The notes: generated by a model not told the origin, from the sequence alone. 57,516 nt of DNA from Candidatus Bathyarchaeia archaeon (GCA_035626195.1 DASPOC010000113.1:1-57516), one strand, 5' to 3'. Positions 38,455 through 48,583 are shown, numbered from the stretch's first letter. Numbers and translations: made by a program.

Positions 38455-39477
38455 ATGGCCGATGAATATCTCATTAGTATCGTTATCGTGACGTACAACA
38501 GCGCTGATTACGTCGAAGCGTGCATCAATTCTATCTGTGCGCGGCGTGGTCGAACAGCTTACGGGCTCGAGATCGTCGTGGTTGACAATCATTCGAGTGA
38601 TGACACCGTTCGAATCCTTAAAGAACGTTTCCCGTCGGTGGAATTGCTCGAAAACGACGAAAACTACGGGTGGGGCCGTGCAAACAATCAGGGCGTAGCT
38701 CGTGCCACGGGCGATTTTGTCGTCATCTTGAATCCCGATACGCTGGCCGAGGAGGGTTGGTTAGACGCGCTTATACAGCCTCTTGTCGGGTGCCGAAGGT
38801 TATTAACCACTCCTAAGATTTTGATCTACGACGGTTCCACAATCGGCAACTGCGGAAACATCGTGCATTTCACCGGCCTCGCATTCACGAGGGGGTACGG
38901 GGCAGAAAAAGACGCATGCGCCGTGTCGGAGCCAGTGAGCTACGTTTCAGGGTGCTGCTTCGCCGTGCGCAGAGACGAGTTTCTGCAACTAGGCGGCTTT
39001 GATGAGGCCCTCTTTCTTTATCATGATGATCTTGATTTCACGTGCAAAGCGTATCTTGCGGGATATGAATCGCTCTACGTCCCTACGTCAATCATTCGAC
39101 ACGATTACCGACTCGATGTCGGTCCGGAGAAGTTTTTTCTGCTGGAGAAGGGACGCTACGTTTTTCTTAGAAAATACCTGTCGACGGGCGATGTGCTAAG
39201 ATTCGTGCCCTCGCTCGTCGTGTCTGAGGTGCTCAGTTTCGGCTTTGCCGCCAAGCTAGGCGTTCGGGGGCTTTTGTGTAAGCTGCGTGCAGCGCGCGAG
39301 GGCTTTTTTGACGACGTGCCGAGGCTTCGCGGCGACAAAGAGAACCTATTCAAGCATTTCAGTCGAACCATACCCAGCGATCAGCTGACCACCAACCGCA
39401 TTGAACGAGCTGGCGTGCGGCTTGCAAATCGGATTTTCGTGCTCAATTATGGGCCGCAGATTGAATCAAGTGGTTGA
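38455..39477 (+). CDS. GT2-family glycosyltransferase (rhamnosyltransferase/WbbL-like)
   Basis: ISIVIVTYNSADYVEACINSI...VVVDNHSSDDT...NYGWGRANNQG...VVILNPDT. Confidence 0.85.
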   Translation: MADEYLISIVIVTYNSADYVEACINSICARRGRTAYGLEIVVVDNHSSDDTVRILKERFPSVELLENDENYGWGRANNQGVARATGDFVVILNPDTLAEEGWLDALIQPLVGCRRLLTTPKILIYDGSTIGNCGNIVHFTGLAFTRGYGAEKDACAVSEPVSYVSGCCFAVRRDEFLQLGGFDEALFLYHDDLDFTCKAYLAGYESLYVPTSIIRHDYRLDVGPEKFFLLEKGRYVFLRKYLSTGDVLRFVPSLVVSEVLSFGFAAKLGVRGLLCKLRAAREGFFDDVPRLRGDKENLFKHFSRTIPSDQLTTNRIERAGVRLANRIFVLNYGPQIESSG

Positions 39478-39710
39478 CAACCTCCTTGCTCTGCGCACTC
39501 TGTGTACCCTGGCACGGGCGCTGTGAGACGACGGCGTGGCCGCCATTTAGCGCCGTTTCACAACGTGACGTTGCTTTGCCCCGCTAAGGAGGTTTCGGCG
39601 GCTCGACCTCGCCCATCCGACCGCCATGTGTCTCCTACGGCTGACCGAGACTATATTTAGAGCTATTGACCTGGGAGATACAATGCTGTCACTGCGAGGG
39701 TGAGGCGCGG

Positions 39711-40471
39711 ATGAAGATCGGCTGGCGGGTTTATTTCGGCCTCCTTCTTATTGCGCTCTCTGCATTGCTCTATACGGTTCACTTCTACTTATTCCACGAT
39801 TTAGCGTATATCAAGATCTACGGACTTGGCGACGTTGCCTTTCTTCCGATCGAGGTGCTTCTTGTCGTCCTAGTCGTTGATTGGGTAATAAGCCGTCAAG
39901 AAAAGCGGAGTCAACTTACAAACTAAACATGGTAATCGTGTTTACTTCAGCGAGGTCGGCATCCCACTCCTGAAACGTTTTCGGACTTTGACGAGCAAGT
40001 CGGGAGGATTCGCGACGAGCTTTTGGTTAAGGGCTCATGGACGAGCCGCAACTTTGCCGACGCGAGTTTGCGCATAAGAAATCACGAATACAACCTCTTT
40101 TTCGAGAAGGGCGACCCAAAAGCGTTGCATTTCCTAGAAAACCTGCGCAATTTTCTCATCTCAGAGCGGACGTTTTTGCTCCGCCTCCTTGAAAATCCGA
40201 ACCTCCTCGAACAAGAAGCCTTCATCGAACAGCTTTGGGCGGTCTTCCACGTCGCTGATGAGCTGCAGTACCGGGTCGACCTCGCGCACTTGCCCGGCGG
40301 TGATCCCGACACCTCGCTGGTGACTTAGGACGAGCATACGGCGCGCTCACCTCCGAGTGGCTAAATTACAAGGCGCACCCCTTAAAGCGATATCCGTACC
40401 TGTTCTCCTTGGCGTTGCGCACAAATCCGTTCGACCCGGCTGCTTCGCCCGTGATCAAAGACGCAGTCTGA
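39711..40471 (+). pseudogene. Frameshifted gene for a conserved membrane-anchored protein of unknown function
   Basis: N-terminus MKIGWRVYFGLLLIALSALLY...REKRSQL. Then two in-frame stops (39924, 39933), with the expected KLNMVI and YFSEVGIPLLKRF pieces in the other two frames. Frame 0 resumes with SDFDEQ...LLENPNLLEQEAFIEQLWAVFHVADEL. A further shift near 40308 gives HLAGDLGRAYGALTSEWLNYKAHPLKRYPYLFSLALRTNPFDPAASPVIKDAV*. Confidence 0.6.
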
Positions 40472-40547
40472 TTCCCTGCAGCAGTATCAAAGACGCCGTG
40501 CACACAGTACCGCAAACGCAGGACGTTGCACAAGTCGATCCCGAAAA

Positions 40548-41771
40548 TTATTCGACGTCGATAATCTCGAGCTCCGCTGCAAGCGCAGGCAGGAAGGTTC
40601 CCACGTCCGTGACGATCCCGATAGCCTGCGCCGTCCCGCGATCGATGAGCTTCGTCACGGTGGCCGGATTAATGTCGACGCAAATCGTCTTGACGTACGA
40701 GGGAAGCATGTTCCCGACGGCGATGGAGTGCAGCATGGTGGCCATCATGAGCACGAGGTCAGCGTCTTTAAGAAGCTCCCGCATGGCATCCTGAGCCGCC
40801 ATCGTATCCGTAATGACTTCGGGCAATGGGCCGTCATCGCGGATGGACCCAGCAAGCACGAACGGCACGTTATTGACGACGCTTTCATACATGACGCCAC
40901 TTTTGACGAGCCCCCGGCGCACCGCTGCTTTAATTGACCCGGAGCGGATCACCTCACTAATGGCGTAGAGGTGGTGCTTGTGTCCCTCGCTGACCAGTTC
41001 GGCTGTCTTGATGTCGAGGCCGAGCGATGTTCCGTACAAGTCACGCTCGATGTCGTGAACCGCGAGCGCATTGCCTGCGAGAAGGGCATTCACGTACCCG
41101 CGGCGTATGATGCTCGCCAGCGCCTCGGCAGCGCCGGTGTGTGATACCGCGGGCCCGGCAACGAAGGCGATTTTCTTGCCTTGCACCTTAGCGTGCACCA
41201 TTTCGATGGCGATTTGGCGTATAAGCGTCGCTGAAGGACGCTCAGACGACACTGCGCCACCCATAAACTCAAAAAGGGAGCGAGAACGCGGTCGTTCAGG
41301 GGGAATGACGCGTACGCCGCGCTGGCCGAGCACGACCTGGTCCCCTTTCACCACTTGGTGAAGCGGCGTGCACCGCGCCCGGTCGTCGCGAACGACGATC
41401 GCGCAGTCCATCTCGATATCCTCGACGGGAATCCAAGCGCCGCGGCGATAAATAAAAGTGGGGTGATTCGTCGTCGAATAGAACCCTTTCGGGACGGCTT
41501 TGTCTTTATCGGCGGCTCCCAAAAGGGCGTCTTCGATCTCTGGAACCTGGGCTCCGAGGCGGTGAAGATCGCTCATAATAGCGTCAAGATGTGCCTCATC
41601 GCGTCCCTTGACAGCGAGCCTGACGTAGCTCGGGTCGCTCTTGTGCTCACCGATCGTGAAGGTGACAATCTCGAACTCACCGTCAAGATCCATGATTTTG
41701 TCGAGCACCCGCGTTAACGTGAGTGAGTCAATGATGTGTCCGTGCAACTCTACTTCGCGAATCGTTCTCAT
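40548..41771 (-). CDS. TIGR00300 / LOR-SDH N-domain family protein (sometimes annotated as archaeal-type ornithine cyclodeaminase)
   Basis: [35 protein letters not shown]...[39 protein letters not shown] trimmed 57 codons from the listed ORF (41942) because that part overlaps argB and is low-complexity Arg/His/Ala. Confidence 0.75.
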   Translation of the reverse strand: MRTIREVELHGHIIDSLTLTRVLDKIMDLDGEFEIVTFTIGEHKSDPSYVRLAVKGRDEAHLDAIMSDLHRLGAQVPEIEDALLGAADKDKAVPKGFYSTTNHPTFIYRRGAWIPVEDIEMDCAIVVRDDRARCTPLHQVVKGDQVVLGQRGVRVIPPERPRSRSLFEFMGGAVSSERPSATLIRQIAIEMVHAKVQGKKIAFVAGPAVSHTGAAEALASIIRRGYVNALLAGNALAVHDIERDLYGTSLGLDIKTAELVSEGHKHHLYAISEVIRSGSIKAAVRRGLVKSGVMYESVVNNVPFVLAGSIRDDGPLPEVITDTMAAQDAMRELLKDADLVLMMATMLHSIAVGNMLPSYVKTICVDINPATVTKLIDRGTAQAIGIVTDVGTFLPALAAELEIIDVE

Positions 41772-41818
41772 TGGCACGTTCCCGGCACACAAGCCAGCCG
41801 ATGCGGCGGCCGTTAGGC

Positions 41819-42697
41819 TTACTCCCTTACCATCATCGTTCCGATGCCTCTGTCCGTGAACAGCTCGAGAAGGAGCGCGTGATGGAAATTGCCGTTGATG
41901 ATGTGGGCGTTTTGCACCCCCGCTTCGAGTGCCTTGATGCACGCGTGCACTTTGGGGATCATTCCGCCGCTGATGCTCCCTGTTTCAATCGCGCGCTGCG
42001 CTTCTGCGAATGTCATCCGCGAGATGAGCGTTTCGGGATCGCTCTGGTCGCGTTGAATGCCTCTGACATCGGTCAGCGCGATGAGCTTGCGGGCCATAAG
42101 CGCTGCCGCAATATCTCCGGCGACGGTGTCCGCGTTGAGATTGAGGCTATGACACGTGTTATCGACCGCAATGGGGGCAACCACGGGAATATAGCCCCTC
42201 TCGGCCATGATCATTAGTATCTCTGGGTTGATGACTTCTGTCTCACCGACCCAGCCGAGGTCGACCTCCTGCTCGATCCCGTCATAGACCACCCGCTGGG
42301 GGCCTTTTTTTCGCGCGGCGATCATGCGTCCGTCCTTCCCGGACAACCCGACGCCTTTGCCGCCGTGCTTACCGATGAGCGCGACGAGGCGCGTGTTGAT
42401 GTTGCCCATAAGGACCATTCGGGCGATCTCTAGCGTCTCTTCATCGGTGACGCGTAAGCCAGCGGCGAATTCAGGTTTTTTACCCATCTGCTCCATCTTC
42501 TCGCTGATCTCGGGTCCGCCGCCGTGGACGAGTACCGGCTGCATCCCGACGTACCGCAAGAGCACGATATCTTCGATGATGCCCTCCATGAGACGCTTGT
42601 CGATCATCGCGTGGCCGCCAATCTTGATTACGACGAACGATCCGTAAAACTCACGAATATAGGGCAACGCTTCGATGAGAATTTGCTCCCGCTTCAT
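41819..42697 (-). CDS. argB: Acetylglutamate kinase (ArgB/LysZ family)
   Basis: [25 protein letters not shown]...[10 protein letters not shown]...[17 protein letters not shown]. Confidence 0.9.
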   Translation of the reverse strand: MKREQILIEALPYIREFYGSFVVIKIGGHAMIDKRLMEGIIEDIVLLRYVGMQPVLVHGGGPEISEKMEQMGKKPEFAAGLRVTDEETLEIARMVLMGNINTRLVALIGKHGGKGVGLSGKDGRMIAARKKGPQRVVYDGIEQEVDLGWVGETEVINPEILMIMAERGYIPVVAPIAVDNTCHSLNLNADTVAGDIAAALMARKLIALTDVRGIQRDQSDPETLISRMTFAEAQRAIETGSISGGMIPKVHACIKALEAGVQNAHIINGNFHHALLLELFTDRGIGTMMVRE

Positions 42698-42818
42698 TTA
42701 CCTTTAGTTCCGACTGGGAATAGAAATATCTTCCTGCGCGCGCATCCTCAGGCGGCCGATCGGTCGTCGCGAACGCTCAGGGACCGTCTCGCCCTTAAGA
42801 CTATATGCCTCGAAGACT

Positions 42819-43622
42819 ATGAGGCACGTGGTGAACCGTCGGAGGCGAGTGGTGGATCATATGGGGTACAAAGCGGCGTGCATTCAGATGGGTGCGCTCG
42901 GCACGCGTTCGGAAAACGTTGATCACGCAGTCGAGTTAATCGACGAGATGGATGCTGACATCATCGTACTTCCAGAGCTGTTCACCGACTGCAGAGATTT
43001 CAAGGCCGGAGAGCCCATTCCAGGGCCCACGACTGAGGTCTTCGCGCGGCTCGCTCGCGAAAGGGGCAGCTACATCGTCATGGGCAGCATGCTGGAGGTG
43101 GACGACCATCGGCGCATGTTCAACACTAGCGTGCTCATCGATAGAGGCGGCACGATCTGCGCACGGTACCGCAAAATTCATCTGTTCTCCTATCGGTCGA
43201 AAGAGAAATGCTCATTGATCGCAGGAACGGAAGTTGTCGTGACGCCGACCGAGCTTGGCGTCGTCGGCCTTTCGATCTGTTATGACCTGCGTTTTCCTGA
43301 GCTCTATCGGGCTATGGTCAAGCAGGGGGCTGAAATTATTATCTGTCCTGCCGCATGGCCATCCCCGCGCATTGAACATTGGATCGCGCTAAACAGAGCA
43401 CGGGCTATCGAAAACCAGTGTTACTTCATCGGCTGCAATCAAGTGGGCACGCCGGTGCCGACGACTACTTTTGTCGGCGGCAGCATGATTACCGACCCGT
43501 GGGGAGAGACTCTTGCTGCCGCGGGTAACGCTGAAGGTATCATCAGCGCGGTAATAGACGTTGCGGTGGTTAACCAAGTCAGAAAGGAGTATGCTTTTCT
43601 CAACGACATGGTCCTACTTTGA
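42819..43622 (+). CDS. Carbon-nitrogen hydrolase (nitrilase superfamily)
   Basis: YKAACIQMG...DIIVLPELF...YRKIHLF...GLSICYDLRFPELYR (Glu-Lys-Cys triad context). Likely start at 42861 (MGYKAA). Confidence 0.85.
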   Translation: MRHVVNRRRRVVDHMGYKAACIQMGALGTRSENVDHAVELIDEMDADIIVLPELFTDCRDFKAGEPIPGPTTEVFARLARERGSYIVMGSMLEVDDHRRMFNTSVLIDRGGTICARYRKIHLFSYRSKEKCSLIAGTEVVVTPTELGVVGLSICYDLRFPELYRAMVKQGAEIIICPAAWPSPRIEHWIALNRARAIENQCYFIGCNQVGTPVPTTTFVGGSMITDPWGETLAAAGNAEGIISAVIDVAVVNQVRKEYAFLNDMVLL

Positions 43623-43710
43623 CGGCGGCAACGCGCGCCGCGCGCCGCGCAGGTGCGTTCGATTTGCAGGTCGACCGGATGATTTGATGATCGCTCCGCT
43701 GCGAGCAAAG

Positions 43711-43718
43711 TTTAAGAG
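43711..43718 (+). promoter_or_regulatory. TATA-like box (tttaagag) for tRNA-Glu
   Basis: Begins 32 nt upstream of the mature tRNA 5' end, the expected archaeal spacing. Confidence 0.5.
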
Positions 43719-43742
43719 CCCCTGTGCTATAGTAGATGTCTG

Positions 43743-43817
43743 GCTCCGGTAGTGTAGTCCGGCCAATCATGAGGGACTCTCACTCCCTCGACTTGGGTTC
43801 AAATCCCAACCGGAGCA
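43743..43817 (+). tRNA. tRNA-Glu (anticodon CUC), 75 nt, no encoded CCA
   Basis: Acceptor stem GCTCCGG/CCGGAGC plus discriminator A. Anticodon stem AGGGA/TCCCT with loop CT-CTC-AC. T arm TTGGG-TTCAAAT-CCCAA. The 5' half matches the archaeal tRNA-Glu pattern GCUCCGGU.GUGUAGUCCGGCCAAUCAU. Confidence 0.9.
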
Positions 43818-43950
43818 TATTTGATTCGCCGGCGTCTGTGGCCAGTTCTTCAAGTGGTCTATCAAATGGCCACGCGCATGGCCGCTTCGTTTCGCTCTTC
43901 CTGGGAGAAAAAAGGGCGCGGCCGGGCGGCGGTCGTGGCTCGGTTAGCGT

Positions 43951-44340
43951 TCACTCATGGAGCAACCTCTCGCGTGCGATCTGCATTGCATTGATTGCGG
44001 CCGGAAAGCCCGCATAGACTGCCATCATCAGGATGGTCTCGACAAGCTCCTGTCGCGTGCAGCCGATGTTGAGAGCTGCCTGAATGTGGTCGCGAAGTTG
44101 ATCCTCTCGATTGCCGAGGGCAGTTAGGGCGGCGACGATGCAGAGTTCCCGCTGTTTCGCACGTAGTCCCGGACGAGTGTAAACATCTCCGTACGCAAAC
44201 TCAATAACATAACGTGCAAGGTCGGGCGCAACAGCGTCCATGCTCTGAATGAGGTTTGTGATACCCTCTTCGTTCACCTTGCGCAGCGCTTCGATCCCGC
44301 GCTTATATCGTTGGTCTTCCAAGCTTATCTTCACACGCAT
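43951..44340 (-). CDS. Carboxymuconolactone decarboxylase (CMD/AhpD-like) family protein
   Basis: RPGLRAKQRELCIVAALTALGNREDQLRDHIQAALNIGCTRQELVETILMMAVYAGFPAAINAM. Confidence 0.8.
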   Translation of the reverse strand: MRVKISLEDQRYKRGIEALRKVNEEGITNLIQSMDAVAPDLARYVIEFAYGDVYTRPGLRAKQRELCIVAALTALGNREDQLRDHIQAALNIGCTRQELVETILMMAVYAGFPAAINAMQIARERLLHE

Positions 44341-44457
44341 GGCGCCGCGTGGATATAAGCGCTGTTATAGGTCAGCGGCATTCGAATGCAATCTTTGTGG
44401 CCGGGCCCGCCGTCACTACCTTTTTATAAACGCGTAGAAGTGTTGTAAGCGATCAAA

Positions 44458-44928
44458 GTGACTGGGTGCCTATCGCTGCCTTTCATCACTAATTACGGCT
44501 TGCTTGAACTGTTTCTCGTCAGCGCCACCTCATCAGTGCTCCCTATCCCGACAGAGCCCACAATCGCGCTGCTGCTGAGCGAGAACGTGAATCTGCTAGT
44601 CATCCTGCTCGTGCTGATTCCTGCGTCGGTTCTTGGCGCCTCAGTGGGGTACCTCTTGGGCAAATACGGGGTACGCAGGATCATACCCTTCCATAACCCC
44701 GAACGCGAAGAGAGGGTCCAGGCTTGGTTTGGTAAATATGGGGCAGCGCTGTTGATAATCTCGCCATGGATTCCATTTGCCGGCGATGTGGTGCCCATCG
44801 TCGCTGGAGTCGAAGAGTTTAACCCGACCACCTTTCTCATTATCATGTTTGTAGCCAAGGCTATAAAAGGCACAGCGGTCGTGTTCTTCCTCTCCTTCTT
44901 CGTTCAGCTGGTTGGCGTACACTTCTAA
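44458..44928 (+). CDS. Small DedA/YqaA-like (VTT domain) membrane protein
   Basis: GTG start, four hydrophobic segments, LPIPTEPTIALLLS motif. Confidence 0.65.
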   Translation: MTGCLSLPFITNYGLLELFLVSATSSVLPIPTEPTIALLLSENVNLLVILLVLIPASVLGASVGYLLGKYGVRRIIPFHNPEREERVQAWFGKYGAALLIISPWIPFAGDVVPIVAGVEEFNPTTFLIIMFVAKAIKGTAVVFFLSFFVQLVGVHF

Positions 44929-45029
44929 CGCGTCAGCTACTCACAGCTTAACAAGGCGGGGCAAAGCGGCACCGCGTCTGGCTCTTAGCATGGACAAAAA
45001 AAGAGGTGACGCCGTGCGGGAACGTGAGG

Positions 45030-45236
45030 TCACTCTTCGACGAAGGAGATAGCCTCAGTCGGGCAGCTGTCAGCAGCCTCTTGACACTCGCATTCGCTGC
45101 AGGCAGTCGCGTCGATGACGTGCGACAATCCATCATCCTGAAGCTCAAAGACGTCAGGGCATATGTCTTCACACGCTCCACATCCGACGCATAGCTCGAC
45201 ATCTATTTTGGGTACTAACATGGTCACGCTAACCAT
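45030..45236 (-). CDS. Small ferredoxin (single-cluster type)
   Basis: CVGCGACEDICP ... CSECECQEAADSCP. Acidic, ~63-68 aa; the start may be 45221. Confidence 0.8.
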   Translation of the reverse strand: MVSVTMLVPKIDVELCVGCGACEDICPDVFELQDDGLSHVIDATACSECECQEAADSCPTEAISFVEE

Positions 45237-45388
45237 GCTGCTTACTCTTTAGGTTTATAATTATCGGTCTTCTGGCTCAGGTAGCCCATTTGAACCCCTA
45301 GGACGGCAACGCTTACGAAATTGTTTCTCTGAATCGCACGGAACGCTCATGCATAACACATAAGACTCAAGACTGCGCTCATACGCTC

Positions 45389-46129
45389 GTGTTTGATACG
45401 CATGCCCACATGGACACTCGTCCGTATGAGGACTTTGAACTGATGGGGGTCGCTGGCATCTCTGACGTGCTCACGCTCGCGCATGACCCGATGCGAATGT
45501 CAACCGCAGACGTCCTGCTCGACCACTTTCACAAGCTTGCGCACGGCGAAGTGCGGCGAGGCGCGGAAAATGGCATCAGCGTGCACGTCGGTCTCGGTGT
45601 TCACCCGCGCTCTATAAACGCCCAAGTCGACGAAACGCTGCGGGCGCTGCCCGAGTATCTCTCGCATCCAGATGTGGTCGCCGTTGGGGAGATCGGTCTA
45701 GAACGATGCACTGACTTCGAGGAGCGGGTTTTTCGCGCGCAGCTCGAGATCGATTACTATCCTAAAGTCATCCACACGCCGCGGCGCGGGAAGAGAGAGG
45801 CGCTCGAGCGAATCGTTGCGATCGTCGACGACGTTGGGGCAAAGGACGTGGTTATCGATCACATCGATCCGTCTACGATCGATATCGCGCTCGAAGCGGG
45901 GACGTATGTCGGTATTACCGTCCAGCCAGGCAAAGCATCGGTGCAAGATGCGGTGGAATTGATCAGAGAGTATCCTGAAGCGAAGTTTGTCGTCAACAGC
46001 GACATGAGCGCGCAGCGATCGGATTGCTTGTCGGTCGCACGGGTGTTCCACGCGCTCAGCCTAGAGGGGTACGCCGATCGAGGACAGAAGGCGTGCGTAC
46101 AAAACGGCCTCGACCTATTTCTGCGATAA
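45389..46129 (+). CDS. TatD-related metal-dependent hydrolase
   Basis: FDTHAHMD at the N-terminus, VAVGEIGLE, VIHTPR, VIDH. GTG start. Confidence 0.75.
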   Translation: MFDTHAHMDTRPYEDFELMGVAGISDVLTLAHDPMRMSTADVLLDHFHKLAHGEVRRGAENGISVHVGLGVHPRSINAQVDETLRALPEYLSHPDVVAVGEIGLERCTDFEERVFRAQLEIDYYPKVIHTPRRGKREALERIVAIVDDVGAKDVVIDHIDPSTIDIALEAGTYVGITVQPGKASVQDAVELIREYPEAKFVVNSDMSAQRSDCLSVARVFHALSLEGYADRGQKACVQNGLDLFLR

Positions 46130-46218
46130 CGTTTGCGTCTTGAAGCGCTGCTTCATGATCTGTCTTTTCCTTGCGTATACTTTATTACCTTCTGAGCGCT
46201 ACTAAATTTGATGATACT

Positions 46219-46719
46219 ATGACCGACGAAAAGAAAGAAGAAAAGAAAGAAGAGAAGAGAATCACGCCGAAGGACTATTGGATGAGTGACCCCTTCGCCG
46301 AGATGCGCCGCATGTTCGACACGTTCCGCGCCAATATGGAGGACTCCCTCGAGCGCGTGTTCCCCTCACAAGCGCCGATGCCCGTTCTGAAACAGCCAAG
46401 CGTAGATGTCCTTGACCTTGGCGACGCCCTTCAGGTAGTCGCAGATATGCCCGGAGTGCAGAAGGAGGATATCGAGATCAACCTTACCCCCGAACGGATT
46501 GAGATCAGCGCTGAATCGAGCACCGAAACGGAACGCAAGGATGAGGATTACACCTATCGCGAGCGCGGCTACGCATCGTACCGCCGGATGCTCGACCTCC
46601 CCGCTGACGTTCTTCCAGATAAGGCAGAAGCAACGTTCAAGAACGGAGTGCTCGAGGTGAAAATCCCGAAGAAGGAGCCCACTGAGGTGGAAAAGAAAAC
46701 GCGAGTGACCGTTAAGTAG
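46219..46719 (+). CDS. hsp20: Small heat-shock protein (Hsp20/alpha-crystallin family)
   Basis: PSVDVLDLGDALQVVADMPGVQKEDIEINL...YRRMLDLPADVLPDKAEATFKNGVLEVKIPK. Preferred ATG is 46219 (the ORF track starts at TTG 46171). Confidence 0.88.
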   Translation: MTDEKKEEKKEEKRITPKDYWMSDPFAEMRRMFDTFRANMEDSLERVFPSQAPMPVLKQPSVDVLDLGDALQVVADMPGVQKEDIEINLTPERIEISAESSTETERKDEDYTYRERGYASYRRMLDLPADVLPDKAEATFKNGVLEVKIPKKEPTEVEKKTRVTVK

Positions 46720-46730
46720 GTTGGTGCGCC

Positions 46731-47387
46731 ATGGAAGAACGCAAGTACCCCTTCGAGGCGACCATTTCTCCCGAGGTGCTCGAACGGGGGCGCCACTGGA
46801 TCATGGTCCAGCTGAGGAACATATCAACGGAGCGCCTCGTCGACGTAAGCGCGACGCTGTATACTTACAACTCGTACGATCTCGACGTATTGCCAAGCGG
46901 CTCATTTCATTTTGTGAAAGAGTTGGCCCCGCACGACACTGCCGCGCTTAACTTTCACGTTTTTGCGAACCACACTGGACGGGTCTATCTACACGTCACG
47001 GCGTACCGCGACGGTGCTCTCGTGAGCTGGTACTCTCCGGATCAGCAGGTTCGACTCACTGAAGATCCCGCCGAGATCCAGACATTTTTCGCGAATCGGC
47101 CCTACTGGGCGTATGAAGAAACAATCGAGACGGAAACGGTAGTGCACGCCCACCGCGACGTGTCGAATCTCCGGCTCGAAATCGCTGCAACTCCCCCGTC
47201 AAAAGCCCACAAGCTTATGGACGTGATCGATATCGATTTGATAGCAGAAGGCGGCACGAAGCGATTCGTAAGCGAGCTCTACGCGAGTGAAGAAGGCACA
47301 TATCTCCTCACAGCGCGCCTTTTTCACGAACAGAAGCTCATTAGCAGCAAGCAGACTTCCTGCTACGTTGCGCCCTTTGAGGAGTGA
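46731..47387 (+). CDS. Hypothetical cytoplasmic protein with two beta-sandwich (CARDB-like pattern) halves
   Basis: 218 aa with no signal peptide or TM segment. Starts 12 nt after the hsp20 stop. Both halves show the alternating pattern v.L.N.s...l.dV...l...............f.v.a...G.y.l.v. Confidence 0.6.
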   Translation: MEERKYPFEATISPEVLERGRHWIMVQLRNISTERLVDVSATLYTYNSYDLDVLPSGSFHFVKELAPHDTAALNFHVFANHTGRVYLHVTAYRDGALVSWYSPDQQVRLTEDPAEIQTFFANRPYWAYEETIETETVVHAHRDVSNLRLEIAATPPSKAHKLMDVIDIDLIAEGGTKRFVSELYASEEGTYLLTARLFHEQKLISSKQTSCYVAPFEE

Positions 47388-47399
47388 ATCTACGGCTCG

Positions 47400-48410
47400 T
47401 TGGATACCAACAATAACCACTCCCTCACGAATTCGTTCGTCACACAACCGCAGCGAGGCATAATGAACAGAAATGTGCGGGCCCTTAGAGGGTACTTTTC
47501 GAACTACATCCGAAACGATTTCGACAATCCGTTCTACGCCTCATTCAAGATCACCCACCGGTGCAACCTGCGGTGTGGCTTTTGCAACGTCTGGGCAGAT
47601 AAGATCCCTGACCTTAACACGAATGACGTGCTCACCGTCATCGATAATCTGTCTCAAGCAAGCACCTTTACTATCAGCTTTGAAGGGGGAGAGCCGCTAC
47701 TGCGCAAGGATATCGGTGAAATTCTCCGCTACACACACGACTGCTCAAACTATATTCTGTTTACCACCAACGGACTACTCATCGACCGACGGCCATTTGC
47801 AGAGTACGCACGGTACTTCGATTTTCTGCAGTTATCCATTGACGAGGGCCACGGCAACATGCACAAGCTTGACCGGCTCGACTTCTTCTCTGATCTTGGC
47901 ATCAAGACGACGGTGCAAACAGTCGTAACGAAGCGCGACCTCGATAAGATCGAGGAAAAGGTGGAAAAAGTGCACGCTCAAGGCCACAAGATTCTCATTA
48001 TGCCTGCGTTCAACTTTGAAGGCACCGAAGACCTCGCGCCGGATCTGATGGCACTTCGCGAGATCGTTACGCGCCTGAAGCGCGAGTACGGGAGCACCCT
48101 CACAACAAGTCGCTCGTACATCGAGAGTTTTGACCAACCGTACACGTGCCGAACGCTTAGCGTCATGATCGAGCCTAACGGCGACATTATTTACCCGTGC
48201 ATGCCCATCGGCACGAAGTTAGGCAACCTGCTCGAAAACGACCTTCAGACCCTTATGACTTCGAAACGGGCACAGGCTGACCGTGAGCAGATGCTGCGGT
48301 GCGACAGGCACTGTCTTATTTATTGTCACGCTGAAACGTCCCATCTCATGTCACTGCGCAAGCTCGTCCCCTACGCGCGAAACATCGTGACTTTCCGCGC
48401 GTTTGGCTAG
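47400..48410 (+). CDS. Radical SAM protein (MoaA/NifB/PqqE-like core with a Cys-containing C-terminal extension)
   Basis: ITHRCNLRCGFCNVW (CX3CX2C), ISFEGGEPLL, and C-terminal cysteines ...YTC...YPC...RCDRHCLIYC. TTG start at 47400, or ATG at 47463. Confidence 0.85.
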   Translation: MDTNNNHSLTNSFVTQPQRGIMNRNVRALRGYFSNYIRNDFDNPFYASFKITHRCNLRCGFCNVWADKIPDLNTNDVLTVIDNLSQASTFTISFEGGEPLLRKDIGEILRYTHDCSNYILFTTNGLLIDRRPFAEYARYFDFLQLSIDEGHGNMHKLDRLDFFSDLGIKTTVQTVVTKRDLDKIEEKVEKVHAQGHKILIMPAFNFEGTEDLAPDLMALREIVTRLKREYGSTLTTSRSYIESFDQPYTCRTLSVMIEPNGDIIYPCMPIGTKLGNLLENDLQTLMTSKRAQADREQMLRCDRHCLIYCHAETSHLMSLRKLVPYARNIVTFRAFG

Positions 48411-48583
48411 GCAAGTGGCATCACAGTCCAGGAGAGTCATTTGATCTGTCCTCGTTCGCGCATTGTGTTCAAGGCTCACATCAACGCGAGAAGAACAAGG
48501 CTCGCGATCGTTGTACGGGCGCAGCGAGCTGCAGACGAGGACCGGGAAATATCATCAAGCGACGCTCAACTATTTTAGAAACT

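Noticed and set aside
41772-41942. 57-codon N-terminal extension of the TIGR00300-like ORF
   Set aside because: The extension ([28 protein letters not shown]...) is low-complexity and overlaps the 3' end of argB on the same strand. The conserved family N-terminus starts at [11 protein letters not shown].
43623-43900. tRNA-Glu as a possible integration site (att) for a mobile element; GC-rich gcgcgcc repeats upstream
   Set aside because: I found no integrase gene nearby and, by eye, no second copy of the tRNA 3' half elsewhere in the window. The flanking genes are ordinary housekeeping genes. The gcgcgcc run is short simple sequence.
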